Positions 11,491 through 25,714 are shown, counted from the first letter of the whole stretch. The stretch is DNA of 63,303 nucleotides, filler included, from Octopus bimaculoides (GCF_001194135.2; 7 parts of 6 records of this genome joined end to end with filler, not necessarily neighbours in it), one strand, 5' to 3'. Notes: generated from the sequence alone by a model not told the origin. Made by a program: numbers and translations.

Positions 11491-12479
11491 AGCTAAACGC
11501 ATATATTTAATACATAGACAATAAAAAATACTAAGATAATACATAATTTTTAAACTCAGCACCTGTTTCAGGAAGCTCAGAGTTATGTGATAGTTGTAAT
11601 ATTCATAATATGCAAATGATATATGAAAGAAGAATTGGGTGTGCAACTAGTTATCAGTCGCATAGAGATATTACAATAGGTAAGATATATATCTTATATT
11701 GTAGCCTCATTATAATAAAGATTAGTTTTTAAATGTATGTTCTCCCCCCTCCATAGTTATTAAATGCTACCCCTACCTCTCTCCACTCCATTCTTTGCAT
11801 CATGGTGTTCCTGATTGATTTTAGGAATTTGTTATTACCTGCAAACAAAGTCACTGCCTGCTCAATACCATCAACAACACCACCATCACCAGAATGAGCG
11901 ACACCACCAACACCAACATCACTACATCAATACCAGCTTCTGGTTTCTATTATATAGGTCATGCTGATCTTAACACAGAGCTTATTCTGTATTTTTTTAA
12001 TGTTCTCCATTCACCCTGCCAACCCCCACAATACCCCTCACTCCATTCCCGATGTAACATGTTGCATTTAACCAAAAGATAAATATCTGTAACCTGATAT
12101 TTTTTCACAAACCTCTGTTCAAAGTTGTGGGTTGTGAAATACATATTTCCGTTCATGTCTCTGCAGCTAGTCTCTGGAAATATTGTCTGACAAGACAGAA
12201 TGCAAGTTTTACTTGTAACTATTATAACTTTCTAAAGACTACAACGAGTCTGCGATATTTTGTTTTTCTCTGTCTATTTTGTTTTCTTTCTGAACCTTTT
12301 AGCTATAATTGTATTAAATGGCTTCTTCATAGTAACTTCCTTACTGGCAAGACTTTGGTTGCCATTCATTGAAACTAATGCTGTCTGTTGTACACTAAAC
12401 AAACCTATTTAAGTTTAGCTCTTAACTTCTCATGTTAGGAAGACTTTTTGGTATTTTTCATTTAAATAGTTTGACAATC

Positions 12480-12497
12480 TTTGCATGTGTGTGTGTT

Positions 12498-12541
<44 letters not shown>

Positions 12542-13140
12542 TTTGTACCAGTGTGTGTGTGTGTGTGTGTGTGTGAGTCTGACTGTGTACCAGTGTGTGT
12601 ATATATATGTATGTGAGAGAGTATCTACCTCTGTGTGCTTGCATATATGTGTGTGTATGTGTATGTACTAGTGTGTGTGGGTCTGACTTTGTGCCCATGT
12701 GTGTATATGTGTGTGAGTATGTGTGCATGTTTGTTTGTGCATTTATGCATGTGATTCTGATATTGGCATCCAATGTAAGAAAATTTGAAATGTGTCCAGG
12801 GAAAATATGCTTTAGTGTGTGTGTGTGTGTGTTTGACTGTATGCCAGTGTGTGTATATATGTGTGTGAGAGAATATCTACCTCTGTGTGCTTGTATTTGT
12901 GTGTGTGTATATACCAGTGTATGTGTGTGTACTAGTGTGTGTGAGTCTGACTGTGTGCCTGTGTGTGAGTATCTGCCTCTGTGTGCATGTGTGTGTGCCA
13001 ATGTGTGTGTGTGTGCCAATGTGTGTGTGTGTGTGAGTCTGACTGTGTGCCAGTGTGAGTATATGTGTGTGTGACTGTCTGATTCTGTGTGTGTGGACGT
13101 GTATATGTGTGAGCTCGTATGTGAGAGAGAGATAAAGAGA
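12480..13140. repeat. Complex (TG)-based higher-order tandem repeat
   Basis: The motifs GAGTCTGACTGTGTRCCAGTG and GAGTATCTACCTCTGTGTGC recur several times within TG-rich sequence. Confidence 0.7.
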
Positions 13141-13333
13141 GAGAGAGTTACAAATATAAAGTGATACATAATTATTGGAGCAAACTTGCTACAAATGCTA
13201 AAACCTCATAATAATATCTCATTATCTCTTATGGTGACCTCACACACATATATATGTAACATTGGCAAACCTCTTCTCTGACCCATTGCTGGTACTCAAT
13301 ACACAAACACACACACACACACACATTTCAGGC

Positions 13334-13743
13334 TACTCCTTTACTCACTTGTTTCAGTCATTTGACTCTGGCCATGATGGAGCACTGCCTTTAGTCGAGC
13401 AAATCGACCCCAGGATTTATTCTTTGTAAGCCTAGTACTTATTCTATCGGTCTCTTTTGCTGAACCACTAAGTTACGGGGACGTAAACACACCAGCATCG
13501 GTTGTGAAGCGATGTTGGGGGGGGGGACAAACACAGACACACAAGCATATACACACATACATGTATATATGTATACATATATACAACGGGCTTCTTTCAG
13601 TTTCCGTCTACCAAATCCACTCACAAGGCTTTGGTTGGCCTGAGGCTAAAGTAGAAGACACTTGCCCAAGGTGCCACACAGTGGGACTGAACCTGGAACC
13701 ATGTGTTTCGTAAGCAAGCTACTTACCACACAGCCACTCCTGC
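13334..13743 (-). mobile_element. CORE-type SINE (family 1), full length
   Basis: Reverse complement of 6446-6840, including the internal microsatellite. Confidence 0.9.
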
Positions 13744-13996
13744 ACGGTTATTTATTTATAACTTAAGTACATGCTTGTTCAGGATGGTTGAGACCTCTTA
13801 TCTTGCATTCAGCTATATATATCACTTACACATACACACACAGATGGGCATTCAGTGACCGAAACCTATGAGAGAGACACTGACGTACGATGCAGTCCTC
13901 CGATTTGCCAAATCCTTTTAAACTATTCAGCACATGTCAGGATGAAACATATATGTTAAATGATAATGATGCTACATGTTTGTATGTATGTGTACA

Positions 13997-14043
<47 letters not shown>

Positions 14044-14285
14044 TATGGGTTAGAGACAGGTACTCCATCCTGTCAACACTCCAAATGTAAGATTCTCCGA
14101 TGTAAAATTATCCCATGAAGGCGGTGTTATCCAATAATGGATCCAAGTAACTATCATTATTCTGGACCACCAAGCCCCCAGAAACGGCTGTTGAACTCCT
14201 AAAACTCTACCCATTTTAGTCCTGATATCAGATATATTCTGTAAGTCGGAGACTATTTTATATTCATACAGCTGTATATTTTTTT

Positions 14286-14600
14286 TCTGTGTGATATTTG
14301 AGCAAATGTCTTCTACTATAGCCTTCAGCCGACCAAAGTTTTGTGAATGAATTTCGTAGACAGAAACTTGAAAATGCCAATTATATATGTGTTTGTTTGT
14401 CCCCTACTACTGCTTGACAACCAATGTTGGTGTGTTTATGTCCGCTTACCTTAGCAGTTTGGTAAAAGAGACTGATAAAATAAGGACTAGGCTTTAAACA
14501 AGAAAAGCAGTACCGGAATCCTTTTATTTGACTAAAAATTCTTTAGGGTGGAGCCCCAGTATGGCTACAGTCTACTGACCGAAACATGTAAAAGAACAAA
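14286..14600 (+). mobile_element. CORE-type SINE (family 1), 5'-truncated and diverged
   Basis: GAGCAAATGTCTTCTACTATAGCC...GAAACATGTAAAAGAAC. Confidence 0.75.
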
Positions 14601-15079
14601 AAAACAGAGAAGACACAGAGAGAGAGAGAGAGAGAAAATGGAAATCAGCTCAAAGATAAGTATGACATGTGTAACAGAGTACTAGCCTAAATTTGAACTA
14701 TGAACTCTTGCTTCATTTACATTAAATCTCATCAACTTTTCTTTTTAATATTTGTTTTCTTTAGCATAGAAACAAGGAAAGTTGTTTTGTTTTGTGCATC
14801 TTCCAGCTTGCTTTAATCAATCAGAAGTGTTAGCTCACCCTGTTTATAACCTTATTATAACTCATTCTTTTAACTTCAGATATATAAGTAAATAACAAGG
14901 GGTCATTCTACAGTCTGCAGTCTAGTGTTTAATAGAGAAATATGTAAGCAGGAACTAGAGATTGCTTAGCCCTCTATCTTTAGCCATAGGTCAAAGTGAC
15001 CTCTGCTTTCATTGCTCAATAGCAACAGGGAGAAACCATCAGAACGATCAGCAGTTGCTATGACTTGATAACTTATGTT

Positions 15080-15425
15080 GCACACTTGCATGCATGCATG
15101 CATATACATGCATAAATGTGTACATAGACATACACACACACATGCACCCCTACACACATGCATACACCCTCCCACACACACTCGTACACATGCATGCACC
15201 CACACATGTATGCACTCACACCCCTACACACACCCACACATGCATGCACCAACACACATGCATGCCCACACATGTATGCACACACTCATGCACACAATGC
15301 ATGCATGCACCCACACATGCATGTACCTACTCACATGCATGCACCAACACACACACACACCTGCACACATCCACACATGCATGGACTCACACACGCATGC
15401 TCCCACACACATGCATGCACCCACA
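15080..15425. repeat. Degenerate CACACATGCATGCACC minisatellite
   Basis: Many imperfect copies of a CA/CATG-rich unit. Confidence 0.7.
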
Positions 15426-15576
15426 AGCACAGTAGAACTTTATCAAATCTGCATTATCAAAGCATACATGTGGCTCACAGTTTAAAGAGGCATTTTAGCA
15501 TTTATACACAAACACTGCCAAGAATACTTACANNNNNNNNNNNNNNNNNNNNNNNNNNNNNNNNNNNNNNNNNNNN

Positions 15577-15588
15577 TTAATTAATTAA
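15577..15588. other. Artificial scaffold-join linker TTAATTAATTAA (also 29194-29205, 47071-47082, 53520-53531, 58075-58086, 62151-62162)
   Basis: The identical 12-mer palindrome has stops in all six frames and is always centred in a 44N+12+44N spacer of 100 bp. Confidence 0.95.
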
Positions 15589-15632
15589 NNNNNNNNNNNN
15601 NNNNNNNNNNNNNNNNNNNNNNNNNNNNNNNN

Positions 15633-15673
<41 letters not shown>

Positions 15674-16029
15674 GTATGTATATATATATATATATATATA
15701 TTCAGTATTCAATACTTATATCGCACAGCTGTGAAGTTTGGACTGTATTAATTGACAGTTCCGAATTAGGTATATCCTTAAATGTGCTGTTACTTACCAT
15801 ACAGAAGCTTATACATATTATCTATTCCAATGCATTGACTACTGATCTGCATATTAAATTATCTTCAAAATTACATTGATCGAATTGCTTACATAATAAA
15901 AGTGTAGTGCTTCCACATGTTTGGCAATCGAATGCAAGAGGATGGTGGCGTTATCAGCGGGTTTGCTGCACTTAAGAATGGAACACACCACTGTTTGTTT
16001 CTAAAGATTAGAATACATCCTTATATCCT

Positions 16030-16670
16030 AGTAGACAGAGTAAGAGGGAGTTTAAAGGATTTGGCAACGATAGAAACTAAGTCTGTGGTAGATTCTTTTT
16101 CCAGATAATAGCCGGGATGTTTCCTGGGCCTAGGTCTTGTTGCTTTGAAGTAGATGTAGATGTTTTAGCACTAGTCGTGAATGTGAGTATATGATGGTAC
16201 GCCAGGTGGAAGGAAAAAGTGATAGTTGCAGCTTACGATACACTACTTGTACACGATGCACTGAATGTGTACAGTGAGAAATGGTATGCAGAACGGGTAG
16301 CAAACGCCGAGATTTTGTCTACAGATGTAATGCATACGACATCATCATAACGCAAGAGACTTGTTTTCCATTTGTTTCTCTCGTTGTTCGCATACCCGAG
16401 TGTCCGTAGTGACCCTTTTAGTAAAGTACCAAAAGATCGACCTTCATTTTGAGAGAGGGCAATACTTGCAGGATGTGTGATCCATGGGTCATCGTTCATA
16501 TTTCATTCAATGGTCTTGCAGAGGTTATAATGCTCTGTAAATGCCATATTGTTTGTCGCTTAAGATGATTTACTTCAAGTGTTGTAAGCTCATGTTTTTA
16601 CATGAACTGCTGCAACATAACTCTAAATAAAGCACTTGGAGGGTTTAGGGCAATGCGTTTTGATTGCCCT
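16030..16670 (-). mobile_element. L2/CR1-group LINE ORF2 fragments (rearranged, decayed)
   Basis: Minus-strand peptides KRIALNPPSALFRVM, IILSDKQYG and PGNIPAIIWKKNLP match early LINE RT motifs (RPIAL, LSD.QYGF, GPDGIP..VLK). Confidence 0.65.
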
Positions 16671-16690
16671 GTCCATAGAGAGACATAAAG

Positions 16691-16736
<46 letters not shown>

Positions 16737-17186
16737 NNNNNNNNNNNNNNNNNNNNNNNNNNNNNNNNNNNNNNNNNNNNNNNNNNNNNNNNNNNNNNNN
16801 NNNNNNNNNNNNNNNNNNNNNNNNNNNNNNNNNNNNNNNNNNNNNNNNNNNNNNNNNNNNNNNNNNNNNNNNNNNNNNNNNNNNNNNNNNNNNNNNNNNN
16901 NNNNNNNNNNNNNNNNNNNNNNNNNNNNNNNNNNNNNNNNNNNNNNNNNNNNNNNNNNNNNNNNNNNNNNNNNNNNNNNNNNNNNNNNNNNNNNNNNNNN
17001 NNNNNNNNNNNNNNNNNNNNNNNNNNNNNNNNNNNNNNNNNNNNNNNNNNNNNNNNNNNNNNNNNNNNNNNNNNNNNNNNNNNNNNNNNNNNNNNNNNNN
17101 NNNNNNNNNNNNNNNNNNNNNNNNNNNNNNNNNNNNNNNNNNNNNNNNNNNNNNNNNNNNNNNNNNNNNNNNNNNNNNNNNNNNNN

Positions 17187-17242
<56 letters not shown>

Positions 17243-17889
17243 AGTTTTTCGCAGCATTGTAGCCTTCCCCTCAGCCCCAACCTCTCACTCAATTGTGCTG
17301 CTGTCCTAAGACCCGAGAAAAAATGGAAGGTACAGTTCTTGTGTATTCTTCTGTGAGTGTGTGTTCGTCCACGGTGTTATCATCGTGGTAGCTGCTGACC
17401 GTGTTAGTTGTGTTCTTGGCATCATATGGCCGTCCATGAGATTTCATGTGTGTGTGTTTGTGTGTATGGGTTCGCTTCGTATCTATCCATACCCTTTACA
17501 TAGTTTTATTTATTTATTTTATCTATCTTTGTCTTACATTTATCACGAGTATGTGGCAGATATATTTATATATTCGTTTATTTATTTATTTATATATTTA
17601 TATATTTACTTATTTTTTTATACATCTATCTCTATTCTTCATAAGTATCCTGCAAATCGAATTGATAAACGTATATATATATATATNNNNNNNNNNNNNN
17701 NNNNNNNNNNNNNNNNNNNNNNNNNNNNNNNNNNNNNNNNNNNNNNNNNNNNNNNNNNNNNNNNNNNNNNNNNNNNNNNNNNNNNNNNNNNNNNNNNNNN
17801 NNNNNNNNNNTTGGGGATTTTCACCATGCAATTGGGGTATGTGGAGAATTGCCGTCATTCTGTTTAGCAAGAGGTGTTTTACGTTTTGT

Positions 17890-18370
17890 TTCTAATAATA
17901 CTCGGGTTCCTAAGTCTTTCTCTCCTTATATATTCGGAGAATATTTTTTATAAGATATCTGACATTTGTTGTGTAACAATAAGTAACTTCGACTGTGTTC
18001 TTTTTTAGATATTCTTGCTGGAGAGAAAGACTTCCTGATTAACGCTAAAAGTGTCATAGCTAAAAGTGTTGATGTTTTGATTATTTCTTTTTGTTTGTTT
18101 GTTTGTTTTTGTTTCTGTTTTCTTTTTTGGTTTTCTTTCTTTTCTTTTGCTGTACATAGGTTTAAAAGGAGGATGTTTCGCATGGAGAAGGAGATGATGA
18201 TACATCCAGAATATATAAGACTGACTAATCCCACACTTCAGTTCTCTCATAACCAACCAGTAAATAGTAACGGATTCACTGCTTAAACCCATGACTACTC
18301 TCCTTCAAAGGGAGTTATTATAGTTACAGCTTACAGTATACTACTTGCATACGATGCACTACTTGTATTT
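17890..18370 (-). mobile_element. L2/CR1-group LINE RT-thumb fragment
   Basis: Peptides TLLALIRKSFSPARI and EKDLGT; shares the motif GCTTAC..TA.ACTACTTG.A.ACGATGCACT with 16230-16262. Confidence 0.55.
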
Positions 18371-18584
18371 CTAACTAAGGATTTTAAATTACATGGTCGG
18401 GAATTGTACTTGTATTTGTCGGAAATTGTACTAGTTCCTAGCACATGACCCTAAGGTTATATCTAGAAAATTAACACATTTGAAGTTGGTGGTAACTGTA
18501 ACTTTAAAACTTAAACGGTTTAATTTTGTCTTTTTTACATGAATCAAAAGTGTTACAATTCGTGCGATGATGCTCTTGTAGACT

Positions 18585-18950
18585 TGCTTTTTTTACTTAG
18601 CTCAGTCACTGAACTGCGGCAACCCTGGAGTACCACTTTCAACAATTTAGTTAGACAAATTGTGTCGTACTCATTTTAGCAGTTTCGTTTGCCGTTACGT
18701 CACGGGATGTACGTAAACTAACAGTGGTTGTCATGCTGAGGAAAAGGGCAAACATAAATACGAAGACACACTCACACACACACACACACTCACACAACGT
18801 GTTTCTAAACCGTTTCCGTCTACCATATTCAGTCATAAGGCACTGGTCACCTTGAATCTATGGTACAAGGCTATAGGTGCCACGCGGTGTGACAGAACTT
18901 GAAACCGTATAGTTGCGAAATGAACTCCGTTACCACGACGCCAGACCAGG
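18585..18950 (-). mobile_element. Old, diverged family-1-related SINE
   Basis: Contains CGTTTCCGTCTACCA, GGTGCCACGCGGTG and an internal (CA)n in the family arrangement. Confidence 0.65.
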
Positions 18951-19084
18951 CATAGCCTATATTTTGCGCTTATATATTGTAATGAATATTATTCTTACCA
19001 TGTCTCGGATACAGAAGCATGTCACTTCACATACATTTGCACTATGCTGCTGTTCTTAAATTATTCTTTCTATTTGCACACATA

Positions 19085-19250
19085 GGCGCAGGAGTGGTTG
19101 TGTGGTAAGAAGTTTGCTTCCCAACCACAAAATTCCAGGTTCAGTCTCACTGTGTGGCATCTTGGGCAAGTGTCTTCTACTATAGTCACTGGTCGACCAA
19201 AGCCTTGTGAGTGAGTGGACTTGGTAGACGGAAACTAAAAGAAGCCCGTC

Positions 19251-19287
<37 letters not shown>

Positions 19288-19470
19288 AATTTACAAAAAA
19301 CAAAAGACGAAGGCAGGTGTATAAGCAACAAACTTGTGTATAGCATGTGTACAGCAATAGAGACTGATAGAATAAGTACTAGGTTTACAAAGAATAAGTC
19401 CTGGGGGTCGATTTGTTCGACTAAAGGCGGTGCTCCAGTATGGCCGCAGCATGAAGCAAGTAAAAGAATA
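19085..19470 (+). mobile_element. CORE-type SINE (family 1) with a PLE-tail fragment in its internal microsatellite
   Basis: Intact head and tail; 19285-19335 resembles positions 25-75 of the window. Confidence 0.85.
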
Positions 19471-20385
19471 TAGTTATCACTTTCAAGCATATATCATTTA
19501 TTACTTCGAAAACGTTGATGTCGAATCTCTTAAATTATATTCTCAGTTCATGTACCTTAATAAGGAGTGTTTAGAAACATATATACAAAATTCTATTATG
19601 TCGAACTAATTAAATTTGGACCTTATAAATAGTTTTGGGTCAATCGAATGTTGCATTTCTGTGATTCTATTGCCGCAGGTCTATGGAAGTCCTAATTTAT
19701 ACATCGATAGTGTTTAGAAAATTCTCAGTAGGCGAGTAAAGTTGTATTTTGTGTTATTGTTTGATATGCATCTGATATCTAAGAAAATATTCTGCTTAAG
19801 AATTTCGGAAATGTATTTGTCTAGCAAGTGATTTGATTTCAGGCAGTGTGTTGAAACTAAAGTAATTACAGCATAGAAGACTCATTTTCGGCATTCAAAA
19901 ACTTCACTAAATCATTTATTTCAAGACGTCAAACTTTTCTTTGCACTATCTATGACCTGATCACTGATGTAGTCCAGCTGCAACTAGCTTGAAACTAGGT
20001 TGTCGCTCAGTTTATGTAGGCCTTATGGTTTTAAATTTATAATTTACTTTCCATTTTGTACCTTCTGTATAGGTAGTAATTCAGATCGTCATTACATGGC
20101 ACTCATTTGTAGACCAGTTATTTTAGCTTAAATTTGGAAGTCGTAGTTGATTGCATGTACTTTCTCTTTCCTTCCTTTCTCTTTCTTTCACTCTCTCCTT
20201 CTCTATTTCTCTCTCTCAATCTCACTCCTTCAGTATTCCTTTCTTTTCTCCCTAGGGTCCACGTAGCATTCTTCTGCTAAGCAGTATCATTATTTATTTC
20301 ACAGTTGAAAATCTACTTAAACTACCACCACCACTACTTTTACTATTACTACTACTGGTAGTGGTGGTGGTGGTGATGGTGGTGA

Positions 20386-20442
<57 letters not shown>

Positions 20443-20674
20443 ATGTTGATCGTGTAAAATTAATTTTGTTACTAACACTAGTACCACACCCTGCTATTTT
20501 ATACACTTCATATAAATCTTTCTTTCCTTTGTCTTAATTCTGTGGTCATGGACCTTGAATGAGCCCCGTGTGAGGATATCCTAAATGACTAACCAAATAA
20601 GAGGGAAGGAAGAAATGAAAATTAAGTTATAAATTTAAAACTCCGAGTCCTATATATACATGGTGGTGATGGTG

Positions 20675-20725
<51 letters not shown>

Positions 20726-21555
20726 NNNNNNNNNNNNNNNNNNNNNNNNNNNNNNNNNNNNNNNNNNNNNNNNNNNNNNNNNNNNNNNNNNNNNNNNNNN
20801 NNNNNNNNNNNNNNNNNNNNNNNNNNNNNNNNNNNNNNNNNNNNNNNNNNNNNNNNNNNNNNNNNNNNNNNNNNNNNNNNNNNNNNNNNNNNNNNNNNNN
20901 NNNNNNNNNNNNNNNNNNNNNNNNNNNNNNNNNNNNNNNNNNNNNNNNNNNNNNNNNNNNNNNNNNNNNNNNNNNNNNNNNNNNNNNNNNNNNNNNNNNN
21001 NNNNNNNNNNNNNNNNNNNNNNNNNNNNNNNNNNNNNNNNNNNNNNNNNNNNNNNNNNNNNNNNNNNNNNNNNNNNNNNNNNNNNNNNNNNNNNNNNNNN
21101 NNNNNNNNNNNNNNNNNNNNNNNNNNNNNNNNNNNNNNNNNNNNNNNNNNNNNNNNNNNNNNNNNNNNNNNNNNNNNNNNNNNNNNNNNNNNNNNNNNNN
21201 NNNNNNNNNNNNNNNNNNNNNNNNNNNNNNNNNNNNNNNNNNNNNNNNNNNNNNNNNNNNNNNNNNNNNNNNNNNNNNNNNNNNNNNNNNNNNNNNNNNN
21301 NNNNNNNNNNNNNNNNNNNNNNNNNNNNNNNNNNNNNNNNNNNNNNNNNNNNNNNNNNNNNNNNNNNNNNNNNNNNNNNNNNNNNNNNNNNNNNNNNNNN
21401 NNNNNNNNNNNNNNNNNNNNNNNNNNNNNNNNNNNNNNNNNNNNNNNNNNNNNNNNNNNNNNNNNNNNNNNNNNNNNNNNNNNNNNNNNNNNNNNNNNNN
21501 NNNNNNNNNNNNNNNNNNNNNNNNNNNNNNNNNNNNNNNNNNNNNNNNNNNNNNN

Positions 21556-23250
21556 TATAGCAGTGATTGGGACTGTTTTTTAATGAATTCTTGGGTATCT
21601 CTTGAATGTATCATTTTTAATATTTGCGTGTGTGTTTGTGTTATTCTAAGGCCGGGGTGGATATGGCGCTTGTTTTAGATGTGTTCAAAAGGGGCCTGTA
21701 TTTTGTAATAAAGAGAATCTCTTTACTAATTCGTTGGCTACAGGTTGTATCGTCCCTGAATTGGTAGAGGGGAAAAATTCTGAAGCTTAGAATTTTGTTA
21801 TTGGCGCAAATGTTGATGTGTTGGCTGAATGCTATTTTTCTGTTTTGGGGAATTTTGATCTGGGATCTGTGCAGAGCCATCCTTTGAGGTAGACTATTTT
21901 TTGTTTGGCCTATGTATTGCTCTTGACACCCAGATATATATATATATATTAAATTACAGCAGTCTCCCCTTGGGATGTTACTCCATATATTTCTAAGCAT
22001 ATCTTTCTAAACATACATTTCTATGCATTTATTTTTAAAACACTCATTTTAAGCACTTATTCAAGAATTTATCCGTGTGTCCTGATACATATAACTGCCA
22101 GTACTTGTATACCTAGGTAGATTAAAATACATCTTATAATATTAAACCCTATATGTCTATCCCTTCAGCCTTACCTTAGCCAGAATAACTCCCATTGTAA
22201 CTGTAATTAATTCTATAAGTTTACAATTTCATAACTTCACAGCCTGATACAGTTATAATACCACATATAGTTAATTATGTTTTCTAAGCTCTACCTTTAT
22301 CATAACATGAACACCTTCTGTTTCTGTTTATAATTGATAATAACCTCAGCCTTATTTTAAGTGTCTAAATATCTCTTTGCACCCCAACATTGAAATGCAA
22401 TTCGCAGTTACCCTCCTTCAAATGTTGTCTAAAAGTCTGGAAATATTTTAACTCAAGAATTTTCACCTTTGCACTTCTATTTCGGACATTTACCTTTAAG
22501 CTTGAAATTATAAGTTAGAGTACCCATAACGAAATAACATTTCCTAAATCCTATTTTAGTGCGTAATTCATCTCTGCTTTTTAAAATGATAATATACTAA
22601 CCGGCTACCTTCCTCCAATAGAGTCCGGTAATGTTGGTTTATCATTTGTTTATTTTTCCACTAATTGCTTCGTCCATTACTTTTCTCATTCAGACAATTA
22701 CTTGTTAATTTGATATATATCTCAGATATATTCATATAAAACACTATACCAATATCCGTAAGTGTTTTCCATCGCCCATTCATTAGTAGGACGCCTTAGA
22801 CTATTCATTCCTTAAATATTTATATTTTTGTTTTGACTTGTACTTTATTGATAGTTTTAACGGACCTGAAAACGCCATCAGCTGACCAATTAAGTTGTAG
22901 AATTAACTTTGGCCTCACCCTACTATCCATAGGGGTATTGGGATTAGGTTCCTTTTAATAAATGACAAGTAACAACATCGCACTAAAGTTTTACCTAATT
23001 TTTCTTTCATTGCTATACGTATGTATTGAATTTCCCCAAACAGGTTCAATTTAAGTTAATTCTGCCAATTCCCTTTATGATTCTTTATTAAATAGCAGTT
23101 AGCCTCTAACTTCTGACCCCTGTGCCATGGACCATGCCATTAAACTCACTCTACAGCGTCTTACCCTCGCTATTTCCCCCAGTATAATTGAAAAACCGAG
23201 GCAACTCTCACAGCTTACGGAAATTTCTCCTGGAAGTGACTTTCTTTACC
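21556..23250 (-). mobile_element. Penelope-like retroelement, decayed RT plus GIY-YIG endonuclease
   Basis: ORF 21641-22000 contains NLIYIYISGCQEQYIGQTKNSLPQRMALHRSQI...HINIC (GIY-YIG with C/H residues). Upstream RT remnants are TPMDSRV, YLRYI and LFRYGYS. Confidence 0.85.
21641..22000 (-). pseudogene. PLE GIY-YIG endonuclease domain
   Basis: IYIY-x9-YIGQT, R.ALHRS and C-terminal EILFITKYRPLLN. Confidence 0.85.
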
Positions 23251-23279
23251 ATATGATTTGATACCATGGATTATGATAT

Positions 23280-23830
23280 CACCTTAAAATGACGTTCTTA
23301 CTATTACTTACTATTTCTATTGTTATTTTTATTTTACGCTACTATTTTAACTTACTTCCCCACATGTTAGATTCCTAACATTATAGTCTCTCTGATGAAG
23401 CTTTGGGGTTCAACCATTGTCCAACCCCTGTCCAACGTTTGTTCAACCTTTGTAAAATCCCTGTATATCCCTGGCGTGATGTGGAAAACTTAGAAGATTG
23501 GGCAACCTTATGGTAAAAACAGCTGTAAGAGTTTAGTATTTGTACACTCATTTATTCTTATTCGTTTATTTTTATTTATCTATTCATTTACTTATTTATT
23601 TGCTTATTTCATTCGTTTGTTTGGATCACTTATACATATGATTGTAATCAATTAAGAAATAGATATAATTGAATGCTTACAGGTTGATGTTTGTTGATTG
23701 TTTATCCTCTCCATTTTCTTATTTCCTTTATAAATCCTGGGTAAATTTCTGCTTTACCCCCACCCATACCTAGTATTCAATTGCAATATTGCCCTGTAAT
23801 AGTAAGCACTTGGATATAAATATGTAGGTA
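23280..23830 (+). mobile_element. Probable PLE tail / inverted pseudo-LTR
   Basis: CTGATGA at 23392-23398 and a downstream CCTTATGGTAAAAACAGCTGTAAGAG, followed by T-rich UTR-like sequence; opposite strand to the adjacent PLE ORF. Confidence 0.45.
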
Positions 23831-23965
23831 TACATCCCCAAGTATATTAGATATTTACTATCCCTTAGATGGTTCCTTAACCTCTAACTCATACAGACAT
23901 ATGTATATATATATACATATATATATATGTGCATATATATGTATGTACAAACATGTATATACATA

Positions 23966-25710
23966 CTGTATATTTCCACGTATAAGACGACCATATAAGA
24001 CGATCCTAAAATTTGTGCTAAAAATTTGGGGTCGTCTTAAGAAAATAGAGATGATAAACAATTGACAAACATTAACCTATAGGCATTCGTGAACAGATTA
24101 ACAAAATTAGAAAAAAATTTATAATATAGGTAATCAAAACATTTTTACTTTATATATTATTAGCATATCTTCATAATAAATAGCCTATACGAGAGATAAT
24201 TTCTATATCATTGAAATCAACTTTTATCTATGCGAACTCGGCTGAGAAAATGCAAACATCAAGTTATGGTTGCGCTCACAATAACCTTTATCTTTCGCTA
24301 ACCTTTCGAAAATGTTAATGGTGAAGTATAACTGTAGTAATAACATTTAAAATAACATATTTATATTTTTCATAAAATATCTATTATCATTTGGTAATAA
24401 ATAATACAATTTAGATTACACGCAGCCTTTATTTTTCAATAAAATTATTTTACAGTAGTTGCAATTAAAACATAAGGCACTATAATTTTTTATTATTTCC
24501 TATCAAGATAAATAATATTAAGCAAGCCTGCCACATCAAATTTTCTCACAATCATTACTATATTTCGAAAAGTTTCTCATACACATCACTAGACTCGCCA
24601 CATATGTCATCATCGTAAGGATTCCAGTCTGGTTCTGGTGAATCGACTTCGACTTCGTCGTCGTTATTGTACAGAATATCATCTTCGGCACTATCGATGG
24701 CATTAGAGATACCACATTTTTTTAAATGATTTTATCACATTTTCCACTTGTCCCATGTTTTTATAACAAAATCACAGAGAACAAGTGTGGCAGCACGATT
24801 AGTTCCAGCTTTTGTAAAAGATTTATCTCCATTTATCATCCAGTCATTCCGTTGCTCTCTCACATCATCTTTAAATGGTTTGTTTAAACTGACATCAAGT
24901 GGCTGCAGTATAGAAGTCGAACCACCAAGAATTATAGCAATATCAGTATTGGTTTTAGATAATCGGGTTTTAGTATTTGCCGTTACGTGGCTACGAAACA
25001 TATCTCCAACCAATACACTGCGTTCGTTTCGTATGCTATCTAAACGCCTGTTCCAAATATTCTCAATCCATAATTTCACCCACTCTTGTCCATCCATCTT
25101 TTCTCGTAAAAATGAACAAAAACGCCAGGAGGAAAATCTATTTTGGGCTTTGCTTTACGATTAAAAATAACCATTGGGTTTTAATTTTGTACTGTCATCC
25201 ATGAAACCTCGTTTTCTTATATCCTGTGCTGTTACCCAGCATGTCAAAGTTTAATGGAGTTTCATCCATATTTCCAACATGGGACAATGGAAACGGATAC
25301 CTTTTTCTCGGCTGGATGATGAACTGGTGAAAACTGGTTACTCTGTGATTGAGATCTCGCGTGAGTTTTGGGGCGATTTTTGTTTTCTCCCTTACCGTTG
25401 CTTTAAAATCTTTACTTTCTTCTTTATACGATTTAACCCATTTTAGGGCATAAGATCTTATTTTATTTCGTGTTACAATGTAGACATCTTGTCTCTGCTG
25501 GAGTACCCATTCTGCTTCATAACGTCCTGTACCTATATATGCATATGTATATACATATATATGTATACAACAAGAAATAATATTTGTCTCTTTTTTACAG
25601 AAACCAAAGGATTTATAGGACTGCAAAAGAAGTGTTCAAATATAAATGAGACGAAGATAAAGAAGCATTGGTTATAAAATACTCATTAAATTTGGGTCAA
25701 CGACTTTATA
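23966..25710 (-). mobile_element. pogo/Tigger (Tc1-mariner superfamily) DNA transposon, decayed
   Basis: Terminus TA|CTGTATATTTCCACGTATAAGACG. The transposase shows a CENP-B-type HTH (WVLQQRQ...VTRNKIR), VGNMDETP and DMFRSH...GGSTSILQPLDVSLNKPFK (DDE_1). The other TIR is degenerate. Confidence 0.9.
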
Positions 25711-25714
25711 TACA

